Positions 56,669 to 63,804 of a stretch of DNA of 63,804 nt are shown piece by piece. Position 1 is the stretch's first letter. Each line of letters opens with the position of its first letter. Below the pieces are notes generated by a model, which saw only the letters and a program-made list of their open reading frames with translations, was not told the origin of the DNA and made no database searches. A program made the translations under genes and the position numbers. Source of the DNA: a bacterium (GTDB lineage Bacteria > Sysuimicrobiota > Sysuimicrobiia > Sysuimicrobiales > Segetimicrobiaceae); NCBI GenBank assembly GCA_035280345.1, contig DATEGA010000227.1, forward strand, positions 1 to 63,804, written 5' to 3'.

Positions 56669-57622
56669 GTGGCGAGCATCCATTCGAGCCATCTCGGCCG
56701 GGCCGGAGCCGTTCCCGCGGGCGCCGACGTTCGCTCCCGACACGCACGTTCGCTTTGGGGCGACACCTGGAGGCGCTTCCGCCGCCACCGCCTCGCGGTG
56801 GCGGGCGCGTGCACGTTCCTCGTCATATCCGCAGCCACGATCGTCGGCCCGGCCGTCTACCCCGTCGGGATCAACACCATTGATTTCCAGGCGTCGATGG
56901 CGCCGCCGTCGTGGGCCCATCCGCTCGGGACCAACGACCTCGGCCAGGACATGCTCGCCCGCATCCTGTACGGCGGTCGAATCTCCATCGCCGTGGGCAT
57001 CACCGCGATGCTCGTATCAGCCACGTTCGGCACGCTCGTGGGCGCGGCGGCCGGATACTTCGGCGGCCTCCTCGATACGGTGCTGATGCGGATCACCGAT
57101 GTGTTCATCTCGCTGCCGTCGCTGCCGCTGCTGCTGCTGATCATTTACCTCTTCCGGGCGAGCCTGACCAAGGCGCTTGGGCCTCAGCTGGGCATTTTCT
57201 GGCTGATCGTGCTCGTGATCGGCGGGCTGCGGTGGATGCCGACCGCGCGCCTGGTGCGGGCCGGGTTTCTCTCGGTGCGGGAGAAAGAATACATCGAAGC
57301 GGCCCGCGCCCTGGGAGTGGGGACACGCTCGCAAATCTTCCGGCACATCCTGCCGAACACCCTGAGCCCGGTGATCGTCTCCGCCACGCTCTCAGTCGGC
57401 GCCGCGATTATCTCGGAGTCCACGCTGTCGTTCCTCGGCCTCGGCTTTCCGCCCGACATCCCCACGTGGGGGCGGCTCCTGTACGACGCCCAGAACTACC
57501 TCGATCTCGCGCCGCACATGGCGATCTTTCCGGGGTTGATGATCTGTCTGACCGTGCTGGCGGTCAACTACGTGGGGGATGGCCTGCGGGACGCACTCGA
57601 CCCCACCCGGGTGCTCTCATGA
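56669..57622 (+). CDS. ABC transporter permease (DppC/OppC-like)
   Basis: ORF 56669..57622 (GTG start). HPLGTNDLGQDMLARILYGGRISI motif. Confidence 0.85.
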   Translation: MASIHSSHLGRAGAVPAGADVRSRHARSLWGDTWRRFRRHRLAVAGACTFLVISAATIVGPAVYPVGINTIDFQASMAPPSWAHPLGTNDLGQDMLARILYGGRISIAVGITAMLVSATFGTLVGAAAGYFGGLLDTVLMRITDVFISLPSLPLLLLIIYLFRASLTKALGPQLGIFWLIVLVIGGLRWMPTARLVRAGFLSVREKEYIEAARALGVGTRSQIFRHILPNTLSPVIVSATLSVGAAIISESTLSFLGLGFPPDIPTWGRLLYDAQNYLDLAPHMAIFPGLMICLTVLAVNYVGDGLRDALDPTRVLS

Positions 57623-57742
57623 GCCTGCGCACTCGCCATGTGCAGTTCCGCGTGCCGTTCCGCGCGTATTTGGGCGGCCGGTTCGTCGAACGCGGAGACG
57701 AACCGTAGACTCATTCGCCGTCTTCCGCCACGCGCGGTCGCC

Positions 57743-57779
57743 GTGCCGGCGGCAGCGACGCGAAAGGGGCCGCCGGCAC
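57743..57779 (-). terminator. 11-bp stem hairpin just after the histidine kinase stop
   Basis: GTGCCGGCGGC-15 nt-GCCGCCGGCAC. Confidence 0.4.
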
Positions 57780-57783
57780 CAAG

Positions 57784-59217
57784 CTAGCTCGACAGCGCCC
57801 TCCGCATCCCGGACGAGACCGGCCGAGAAGCAGCGGCCGGCAACCGGATCACAAAGGTGGTTCCGCGGCCCGCCCGGCTGCTGACAGAGATCAGCCCTCC
57901 GTGCGCGTCGACGATGGCTTTGACGATCGCGAGTCCTAGGCCGCTTCCCCCGGAGGCCCGATCGCGTGCCGGACCTCCCCGATAGAATTTTTCGAACACG
58001 AACGGGAGATCGTGCTCCGCGATCCCGCGGCCAGTGTCGGCCACCGTCAGAATGACAGAGGCATCCGCGGCGCCTGCCGCCAACTGAATGGCCCCTCCGC
58101 TCGGCGTGCTACGCAGCGCGTTGTCCACAAGATTGTCCAGGACTTCCGCCAGGCGATCCGGGTCGCCGTCGATAGGCGGAAGCCCGGCCCGGGGCGACGC
58201 CTCCAGACGAACTCCCTGCGCTTCGGCGCGCACGGCGAACCGCGCCGCCAAATTCATGAGGAGATCGGGCGCGTCGACGGGCGAGCGCGTGAGCACGAAC
58301 CGGCCCGACTGGAAACGCAGCAGATCGAGCAACTGGCGCAAGAGCCGCGCCAGACGCTCCGTCTCACGGCCGATCGTATCGAGCATTTGCCGGTGCCGCT
58401 CCGGGTCCGCGTCGGCGCCGGCGAGGAGTGCCTGGGCCGTGAACTGCATATTCGCGACAGGTGTGCGCAGCTCATGAGAGACGTTGGCGAGAAAATCACG
58501 CCGGAGATTTTCCCGCTCGTTCAGGTCGCGCGCCATCGTATTGAGGACGCGCGCGAGATCTCCAAGTTCATCGGCGCGCTCGGGGATCTGTTCTCGAAGA
58601 TTGCCGCGCCCGATCCGCTCCGCCTCGGCTTTCATCGACGCGATCGGCCCGAAGAGCGCCTGCGTCAGGTAGAGAACCAGCCCCCCGGCGAGCACCGCGG
58701 CCAGCGCGTACCCGATGGCCAGCGCCAATCGGACGCGCGCGAACACGCCCTCCACGCTCCGGAGCGGCACGAGCAGGTCGACCACCTCGCCGGCCGCCGC
58801 CCCCTCCTCGACCGGCGCGGCAGCGTACAGCCAGCGCACGCCGGCCCCGTCAGAGATCTGGCCCTGGACCACCTTGCCGCTCAACGCGGGGTCGACACCG
58901 GGCTCCGCCAAAAGGCCTCGAGGGAGGGGACCCGACGCCGCGACATCTTTTCCTTCGTAGTTGATGAGGGCAATCCTGATGCCCAGAACGCGCGCCCATC
59001 GAACCATGCGCTGCCGGCGCGCCGGCCCCCGAGGTTCCGCGGCCGCCTCCGCGGCCGCCAACCGCGCGGTCGCCGTAAGGTTGGCAAGAAGGTGAGCGAG
59101 AGTCGCGCTCTCGAGCGCCGGCACCGCGTAGAGTCCCAAAACCGCCAGCGGGAGCGCGGTCGCGATCAGAAAGGACCCCAAGAGACGGGCACGGAGGCTC
59201 CGGTGCAGGTTCAGCAT
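57784..59217 (-). CDS. sensor histidine kinase (2 TM, HAMP, HisKA, HATPase_c)
   Basis: ORF 57784..59217. H-box SHELRTPVANM. N, G1 and G2 boxes (DNALRST, DTGRGI, GGSGLGLAI). Confidence 0.9.
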   Translation of the reverse strand: MLNLHRSLRARLLGSFLIATALPLAVLGLYAVPALESATLAHLLANLTATARLAAAEAAAEPRGPARRQRMVRWARVLGIRIALINYEGKDVAASGPLPRGLLAEPGVDPALSGKVVQGQISDGAGVRWLYAAAPVEEGAAAGEVVDLLVPLRSVEGVFARVRLALAIGYALAAVLAGGLVLYLTQALFGPIASMKAEAERIGRGNLREQIPERADELGDLARVLNTMARDLNERENLRRDFLANVSHELRTPVANMQFTAQALLAGADADPERHRQMLDTIGRETERLARLLRQLLDLLRFQSGRFVLTRSPVDAPDLLMNLAARFAVRAEAQGVRLEASPRAGLPPIDGDPDRLAEVLDNLVDNALRSTPSGGAIQLAAGAADASVILTVADTGRGIAEHDLPFVFEKFYRGGPARDRASGGSGLGLAIVKAIVDAHGGLISVSSRAGRGTTFVIRLPAAASRPVSSGMRRALSS

Positions 59218-59401
59218 TCGAGGCGAGATACCGCCCGACGCCGCAGCTCTTTCGGATCAGACGGAGTGCATCGGGATCGTCTTCCCGGCGGTCTCGGTCG
59301 GACGATGCGCGCGTCGAGCATTGTTGCCTGATCGAAGAAACCTGCAACAAGAACCCTGGCCATGCTTGGTTGGCGCCTCACGAGGACAAGATTCTTCTCT
59401 T

Positions 59402-59451
59402 ATTACCCGAATTAGCAATAAGTTGTTCCGTTGTTTACTAATCGGTAACGT
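59402..59451 (+). promoter_or_regulatory. recurrent upstream motif copy (faces the second USP gene)
   Basis: AAGTT-gttccgtt-GTTTAC-taatcg-GTAACGT on the + strand. No clear -10 hexamer found downstream. Confidence 0.4.
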
Positions 59452-59556
59452 CAAGGCAGCCGCATGATGCGAGTGTGGAGGAGGAGCGAGCATCGAGCGC
59501 GGCCCGGGAACCGGGACCTCCGCTACGACGATGCTCAGCACTACACTCGAATATCG

Positions 59557-60207
59557 ATGGGAAGGTCGCGGGTGTACCAGCACATCCTGGTCGCAATTGA
59601 CGGCACCGCGTGCGGCGACGCGGCTATCGAACACGGCCTGCGCTTGGCGCGCGAGCAGCGAGCCGGGCTGCGATTTGTCCACGTGCTCACGACACAATGG
59701 TTGTGGGCCTTCGAAAGCGCGCCCCAAGTCTACGTCGACGCGATCGACCAGAGATCGCAGCGCGCGAACCAAGTGCTTAGCCAAGCGATGGCCAAAGCCC
59801 GGCAAGCAGGCATTGAAGTCGCAACCGCGGTGCTGGTAGAAGCCGATGCGGCGCAAACCTCCGACCTTATCGCCACGGAGAGTGAGCGCTGGCCCGCGGA
59901 TCTGGTCGTTATCGGCAGCTACGGAGGCCGCGGGCTGAGAGACCTAGTGCTCGGGAACGTCGCGGAAGGCGTCGTGCAAGCCACCTCCGCGCCGGTCTTG
60001 CTGGTGCGCGCGTCTCCCGCACGTCACGGGCCGCGCCGCGTGGCGCGAGGCCGGCATTATCGCTTCCTTCGATCGAACGGCGACGACATCCGCCGGCCTG
60101 GGAGATTTCAACAGATGCACCCGCACCGCAGACGCTCCTCGAGCCCTGAACGCGGTCCCTTGAGCTCGACACGAACGCGGGTCGATGCTCATCCGAAGCG
60201 AGTTTAG
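59557..60207 (+). CDS. universal stress protein with an Arg-rich C-terminal tail
   Basis: ATG at 59557 within ORF 59464..60207. YQHILVAIDGTACG...DLVVIGSYGGRGLRDLVLGNVAEGVVQATSAPVLLV. Confidence 0.75.
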   Translation: MGRSRVYQHILVAIDGTACGDAAIEHGLRLAREQRAGLRFVHVLTTQWLWAFESAPQVYVDAIDQRSQRANQVLSQAMAKARQAGIEVATAVLVEADAAQTSDLIATESERWPADLVVIGSYGGRGLRDLVLGNVAEGVVQATSAPVLLVRASPARHGPRRVARGRHYRFLRSNGDDIRRPGRFQQMHPHRRRSSSPERGPLSSTRTRVDAHPKRV

Positions 60208-60416
60208 CGTTACGACAGTGTACGGCCGGGCCGCGAGGGCTGACCCGGGCACCGTTATGAGGCTCGGAAGCATGTCTTCTGGCCCTCCACTTCTTCGGGC
60301 GAACCGGATCGCCGTGTCGATGCGTATGGAGAGTCAGTAGGCGCGTTTAGCGCCCGTGTGAATCGATCGCACATCGCCAGCTTGCGTGAACAAAAAGCGG
60401 CCTGCGGGGGGAATGA

Positions 60417-62372
60417 ATGCTTCTCTCACGGTTCAGGCCAGATGTAAAGCACAGAGGTCTTTCGCGTAACGAAGTACTTTCCATTGCCGTGCTCGCGGCG
60501 CTCGGAACCGCCGCGATCGCCTGGGCATTCCACGAGAGAGCCCCCGGGGAACAATTCCTGTTCCTCTATATGCCGATGATAGGCGCCGTCGCATACCTGG
60601 GAGGCCGCGCGCCAGGCTACGTAGCCTGGGCTATCAGCATGGCCACCGTCGATTACTTCCTCATCCCGCCGACCAATTCGTTCGTTCTCGGTCCCGCAGT
60701 TGAACGGCTCGTTCTCTTGTTCGGAACGGTGGCCGCCGTCGTGGTAGAAGGCGCCGTACGGCTACGTGCCGCCGAAGCGGCGGCCCACCACTTCGCGTTA
60801 ATGGTGGAGTCGTCGGAGGACGCCATCTTCAGTGGCGCGTTCGACGGCACCATTCGGACCTGGAACCGCGCCGCCGAGCGGCTGTGCGGGTACACGGCGA
60901 CCGAGGTCATCGGCCGACCGATGGCGATCCTTCTGCCGCCCGAGCGGCGCCCCGCGTTTCCAGAGCTCATGGCTCGGGCGCGGCGCGGCGAGCACATCGA
61001 GCACTTTGAGACCGCTTGGGTGAAAAAAGATGGCACACCGATCGATGTCTCCGTCGCGTTCTCGACGGTGCCGGATACCACCGGACGAATCGTCCGGACA
61101 GCGGTGATCGCCCATGACATTACGGAGCGCAAGCGTGCAGACCGTCGGCAGCGGTTGCTTCTCAACGCGGGCGAGGCTCTCACATCGTCCCCCGATATCG
61201 AGGCGCGCATCGACGCGCTCGCGAGATCGGTTGTGCCGGCGCTCGCCGACTGCTGCGCCGTGCAGTTGGCGGCCGACGACGGCGCCCTGCAACTCGCAAC
61301 TCTGGTCCACAAGGATCCGGCCAAGACACGGCTGGCGCGGCAGGTACAACAGCGCGATTGTTGCCGGGCTGCTTGCAGGCAAGAGTCGAGATCGACCGCG
61401 CGGATCGCCTCCAGATTGTATCCGAATTTCTCCGGAAGAATACCGAATGACGCGATCACGGACGCCGCACTTCGCGAACTCGTTGGCAGCCTCGGCTTCG
61501 GGTCGGCGATCGCTGTGCCGATGACGGCGCGCGCGCGCTCGCTCGGCAGGCTGTGGCTATTCTCCGGCAGATCCGCACGGCGGTATGACGAGCAGGACCT
61601 TGCATTCGCGGAGCAACTTGCGCACTATGCCGCTCTCTCGCTCGACAACGCGCAACTTCATCAGGCGGTAGCGACCACGCTGCAGCAGGCTCTGCTCCCC
61701 GGCGCGCCGCCACTGACACCCGGCCTGCACATCGACACGGTGTATCGGCCGGCCAGCATCGATGGAGGGGTGGGCGGTGACTGGTACGATGTCTTCCGAT
61801 TGCCAAACGGGCAGGTGGTCCTCACCGTCGGAGACGTCGCCGGCCATGGGCTGGAGGCCGCCGTACTGATGGGCGAAATGCGTCACGCCGTCAGGACCGC
61901 GATGCTCGAAGGCCATAGTCCGACGAAGGCTTTGCAAGTGGCCGACACCGTCCTGCGCACCGGCGGAGGTGGAATGGCCACCGCGATTGTTGTCCTTCTT
62001 GATCCCGTCAAGTTAGAGTTCACCTACGCGACGGCGGGCCATCCTGCGCCCATCATTGTAACGGGCAAGGACGGGACGGCGCTTGAGAAGCGAACCCTGC
62101 CACTCGGTTTTGGCGAAGCCCGTGGGACGACACCCGATCCCGTACCGCTCCCGTCAGATGCGTTCCTCATTCTGTACACCGATGGCCTCATCGAATTCGA
62201 TCACGATCCGGTTAGCGGAGAAGCCGCACTGTGGGCCGCGATCAAAGAAGAGTATGCTGGACGGTTCGGCAAACCGGCGCAGCGCATCTTGGAGCGCGTC
62301 ATCGCCGGTCGCCCGGCGCGTGACGACGTAGCCATTCTCAGCGTCGCCGTCGAGCCGGGTACTGGGCGCTGA
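60417..62372 (+). CDS. DUF4118-PAS-GAF-PP2C (SpoIIE/RsbU-type) membrane phosphatase
   Basis: ORF 60417..62372. KdpD-like membrane module, PAS region (ESSEDAIFSGAFDGTIRTWNRAAERLCGY), GAF-like segment, PP2C motifs GGDWYDV and GDVAGHG. Confidence 0.8.
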   Translation: MLLSRFRPDVKHRGLSRNEVLSIAVLAALGTAAIAWAFHERAPGEQFLFLYMPMIGAVAYLGGRAPGYVAWAISMATVDYFLIPPTNSFVLGPAVERLVLLFGTVAAVVVEGAVRLRAAEAAAHHFALMVESSEDAIFSGAFDGTIRTWNRAAERLCGYTATEVIGRPMAILLPPERRPAFPELMARARRGEHIEHFETAWVKKDGTPIDVSVAFSTVPDTTGRIVRTAVIAHDITERKRADRRQRLLLNAGEALTSSPDIEARIDALARSVVPALADCCAVQLAADDGALQLATLVHKDPAKTRLARQVQQRDCCRAACRQESRSTARIASRLYPNFSGRIPNDAITDAALRELVGSLGFGSAIAVPMTARARSLGRLWLFSGRSARRYDEQDLAFAEQLAHYAALSLDNAQLHQAVATTLQQALLPGAPPLTPGLHIDTVYRPASIDGGVGGDWYDVFRLPNGQVVLTVGDVAGHGLEAAVLMGEMRHAVRTAMLEGHSPTKALQVADTVLRTGGGGMATAIVVLLDPVKLEFTYATAGHPAPIIVTGKDGTALEKRTLPLGFGEARGTTPDPVPLPSDAFLILYTDGLIEFDHDPVSGEAALWAAIKEEYAGRFGKPAQRILERVIAGRPARDDVAILSVAVEPGTGR

Positions 62373-62449
62373 TCCAGTTTCTTGCAGGCTGGCACCACGG
62401 CAAAACTGGTGCGCGACTGAGGTTTGTTCCCGCTCCCCGCGGGAAAGCG

Positions 62450-62998
62450 TCAGGGCACGGCGGATATGGGTGTGTGCGTTCCGCGGATGCTCTGCACGGC
62501 TGGGACCACGTGGCCGCGCTCCCGCCCGCGCCGTCCGTACACCAGGTCGCCACCGTAGTAGCCGGTCACCACCAGCACGATCATGGCGAGGGCGCCCGCG
62601 GCCAGCGCAAGGCCCTGCCCCGCCCGCCGTCCGCGGGCGCCGACTCGTACAAGCACCCAGACGATCACAAGCCCGAGCAGCAGATAGGCCCAGTGTTTGT
62701 GCACCTCCACGAGCCGTCCGGTGAAGAATCGTTGAAGGCTGAAGGTATGCTGCTGCAGGAGCCCGCTCAGTTCATGGTCTTCCCGTTCGCGGGCCTCCGG
62801 CGTGATCAGCCCGCTCAGCACCGAGAGGACGGTCGCGACGGCGCCGCCTGCGAGCGAATACAGGGCCGCGATGCTCGACGGCTGCGACCGCCACAGCCAC
62901 GCCGCGAGGTCAAGAAAGAAGGCGAAACACAGGAGCGCGACCGAGAAGTGTACCAACATCGGATGCAGTTCGACGGGCCAGTTGATCCGGATTCCCAC
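62450..62998 (-). CDS. DUF2231-like membrane protein
   Basis: ORF 62450..62998. N-terminal HPMLVHFSVALL motif and 4 TM segments. Confidence 0.55.
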   Translation of the reverse strand: MGIRINWPVELHPMLVHFSVALLCFAFFLDLAAWLWRSQPSSIAALYSLAGGAVATVLSVLSGLITPEAREREDHELSGLLQQHTFSLQRFFTGRLVEVHKHWAYLLLGLVIVWVLVRVGARGRRAGQGLALAAGALAMIVLVVTGYYGGDLVYGRRGRERGHVVPAVQSIRGTHTPISAVP

Positions 62999-63010
62999 GG
63001 CGTGACCTCC

Positions 63011-63487
63011 TCAGGGTGTGGCCGCACGGCCGCGCGGCGCGCCGAACGCCCCGCGGGCCGCCGGCGCCGCGCTCTCCAACGCCCACACGAGCGCGAGGGC
63101 GAGCAGCCCCACGTCGCGGACCAGCGTGTCGGTGAGCCCGCTCGTGACGAGGAGGCCGGTGACGATCTCGGCCATGACCGCGACCGCTATCCACGATACG
63201 ATGCCGCCGGCGAGATCGACGAGCGCGGCGGCGGCGAGCACAAACAGCACCCACCCATGCCCCAGCACGAGACTCACCGGCGGCACGGCGGCGGCGACGG
63301 GCGCGGGGACGAAGCCGGTCCACTGCGCCGGATCGGTCAATTCCCAAAAACCGAAGAACACGAGCACGAGGCCCATAGCCACGCGCGCGATCAGTCCCGC
63401 CGCGGTATGGCGGGGATCGTCAGCGACCGACGATGTGCCCCGAGGCGTCCGTGAGGACGAAGCCGTCATCGCCAAGGTTAGTCTCAC
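63011..63487 (-). CDS. DoxX-like membrane protein
   Basis: ORF 63011..63487. Start uncertain (63487 or 63469). 4 hydrophobic segments. Confidence 0.4.
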   Translation of the reverse strand: MRLTLAMTASSSRTPRGTSSVADDPRHTAAGLIARVAMGLVLVFFGFWELTDPAQWTGFVPAPVAAAVPPVSLVLGHGWVLFVLAAAALVDLAGGIVSWIAVAVMAEIVTGLLVTSGLTDTLVRDVGLLALALVWALESAAPAARGAFGAPRGRAATP

Positions 63488-63804
63488 CTCCGAAACCGTC
63501 GTCTCCCATCCGGGTTTCGATGAAATAGAGCCGATCGGTCGATGCGAACGTCGCGGTCTGAGTCGTCCCGTCCGGCATAGCCGCAGTGACCTCCACCGTC
63601 CCCGAACCGGCGGGTCGGAAGCTGAGTTGGAAGCCGGTCAGCGCCTGCCGCGTGTCGGTCGATATCGAGCCGGGATACACCTGGTACGCGTAGGCGCCGT
63701 AGGGCGTATTGGACAGCAGAGGGGGCGCGGCGGGCGGTGGGGCGGGCGCTGTCTGTTGGACGGGCGGGGCAGGCGCCGGGGATGCGGCCTGGGGCGGCGG
63801 GGAC
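63420..63804 (-). CDS. hypothetical protein, 5'-truncated by the window edge (Pro/Ala-rich linker plus beta-rich C-terminal domain)
   Basis: The frame of ORF 63420..63680 stays open to 63804, reading ...SPPPQAASPAPAPPVQQTAPAPPPAAPPLLSNTPYGAYAYQVYPGS... by hand translation. Confidence 0.5.
   Translation of the reverse strand, partial: SPPPQAASPAPAPPVQQTAPAPPPAAPPLLSNTPYGAYAYQVYPGSISTDTRQALTGFQLSFRPAGSGTVEVTAAMPDGTTQTATFASTDRLYFIETRMGDDGFGGETNLGDDGFVLTDASGHIVGR

Noticed and set aside
59257-59856. 199-aa minus-strand ORF upstream of the histidine kinase (a regulator gene might be expected here)
   Set aside because: It has no receiver or HTH motifs and is antisense to the universal stress protein gene, whose motifs are clear.

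Overview
This is a 63.8-kb high-G+C bacterial chromosomal segment. Hand counts of 60-nt stretches give about 75% G+C in ftsH. GGAGG-type Shine-Dalgarno sites are strong and 4-nt ATGA start/stop overlaps are frequent. I call about 60 protein-coding genes, one multi-frameshift pseudogene and several small ORFs that the six-frame track missed. I saw no rRNA, tRNA, CRISPR array, transposase or integrase. Gene content covers: redox and small-molecule enzymes (MDR dehydrogenase, class III aminotransferase, MBL hydrolase, F420-type Ddn-like reductase); glycoside hydrolases (GH127, GH15); two sugar ABC permease pairs with one binding protein; a peptide-type ABC importer without ATPases; ftsH, xth, uppS and tatA; ion transport (NhaP-type antiporter, ClC-CBS-TrkA_C channel behind a TetR gene, DUF389); signalling proteins (LuxR- and OmpR-type response regulators, one histidine kinase, a DUF4118-PAS-GAF-PP2C phosphatase, two universal stress proteins); and many secreted or membrane proteins of unknown function. 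Observations worth follow-up: (1) an oriented motif RCGTTRC-N6-GTAAAC-N7-AAATT sits upstream of at least eight transcription units between 40 and 60 kb. Its geometry places the inverted repeat near -41.5 of predicted -10 hexamers, which suggests an undescribed global activator regulon. (2) An operon encodes a Rieske protein, a Cys-less cupredoxin and a rusticyanin/sulfocyanin-like blue-copper protein. It is flanked by two paralogous 34-codon hydrophobic micro-ORFs and lies 24 kb from the only cytochrome b (b6-type), which has its own unusual partners. (3) Three copies of a TAAACYGACCGGTCRGTTTA palindrome link a TetR/ClC operon to a secreted protein gene and a PepSY protein with a Gly/Tyr/Met-rich linker. 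(4) A ~55-nt element occurs twice and shows a compensatory stem change, making it a candidate cis-RNA. (5) A lower-G+C island carries an orphan Flp pilin, a LuxR regulator, a duplicated 74-nt upstream element and two unknown genes. (6) A family of secreted modules (IG-x-x-RLGMT) is present in four copies. All functional calls rest on motif recognition by eye. No database search was possible.
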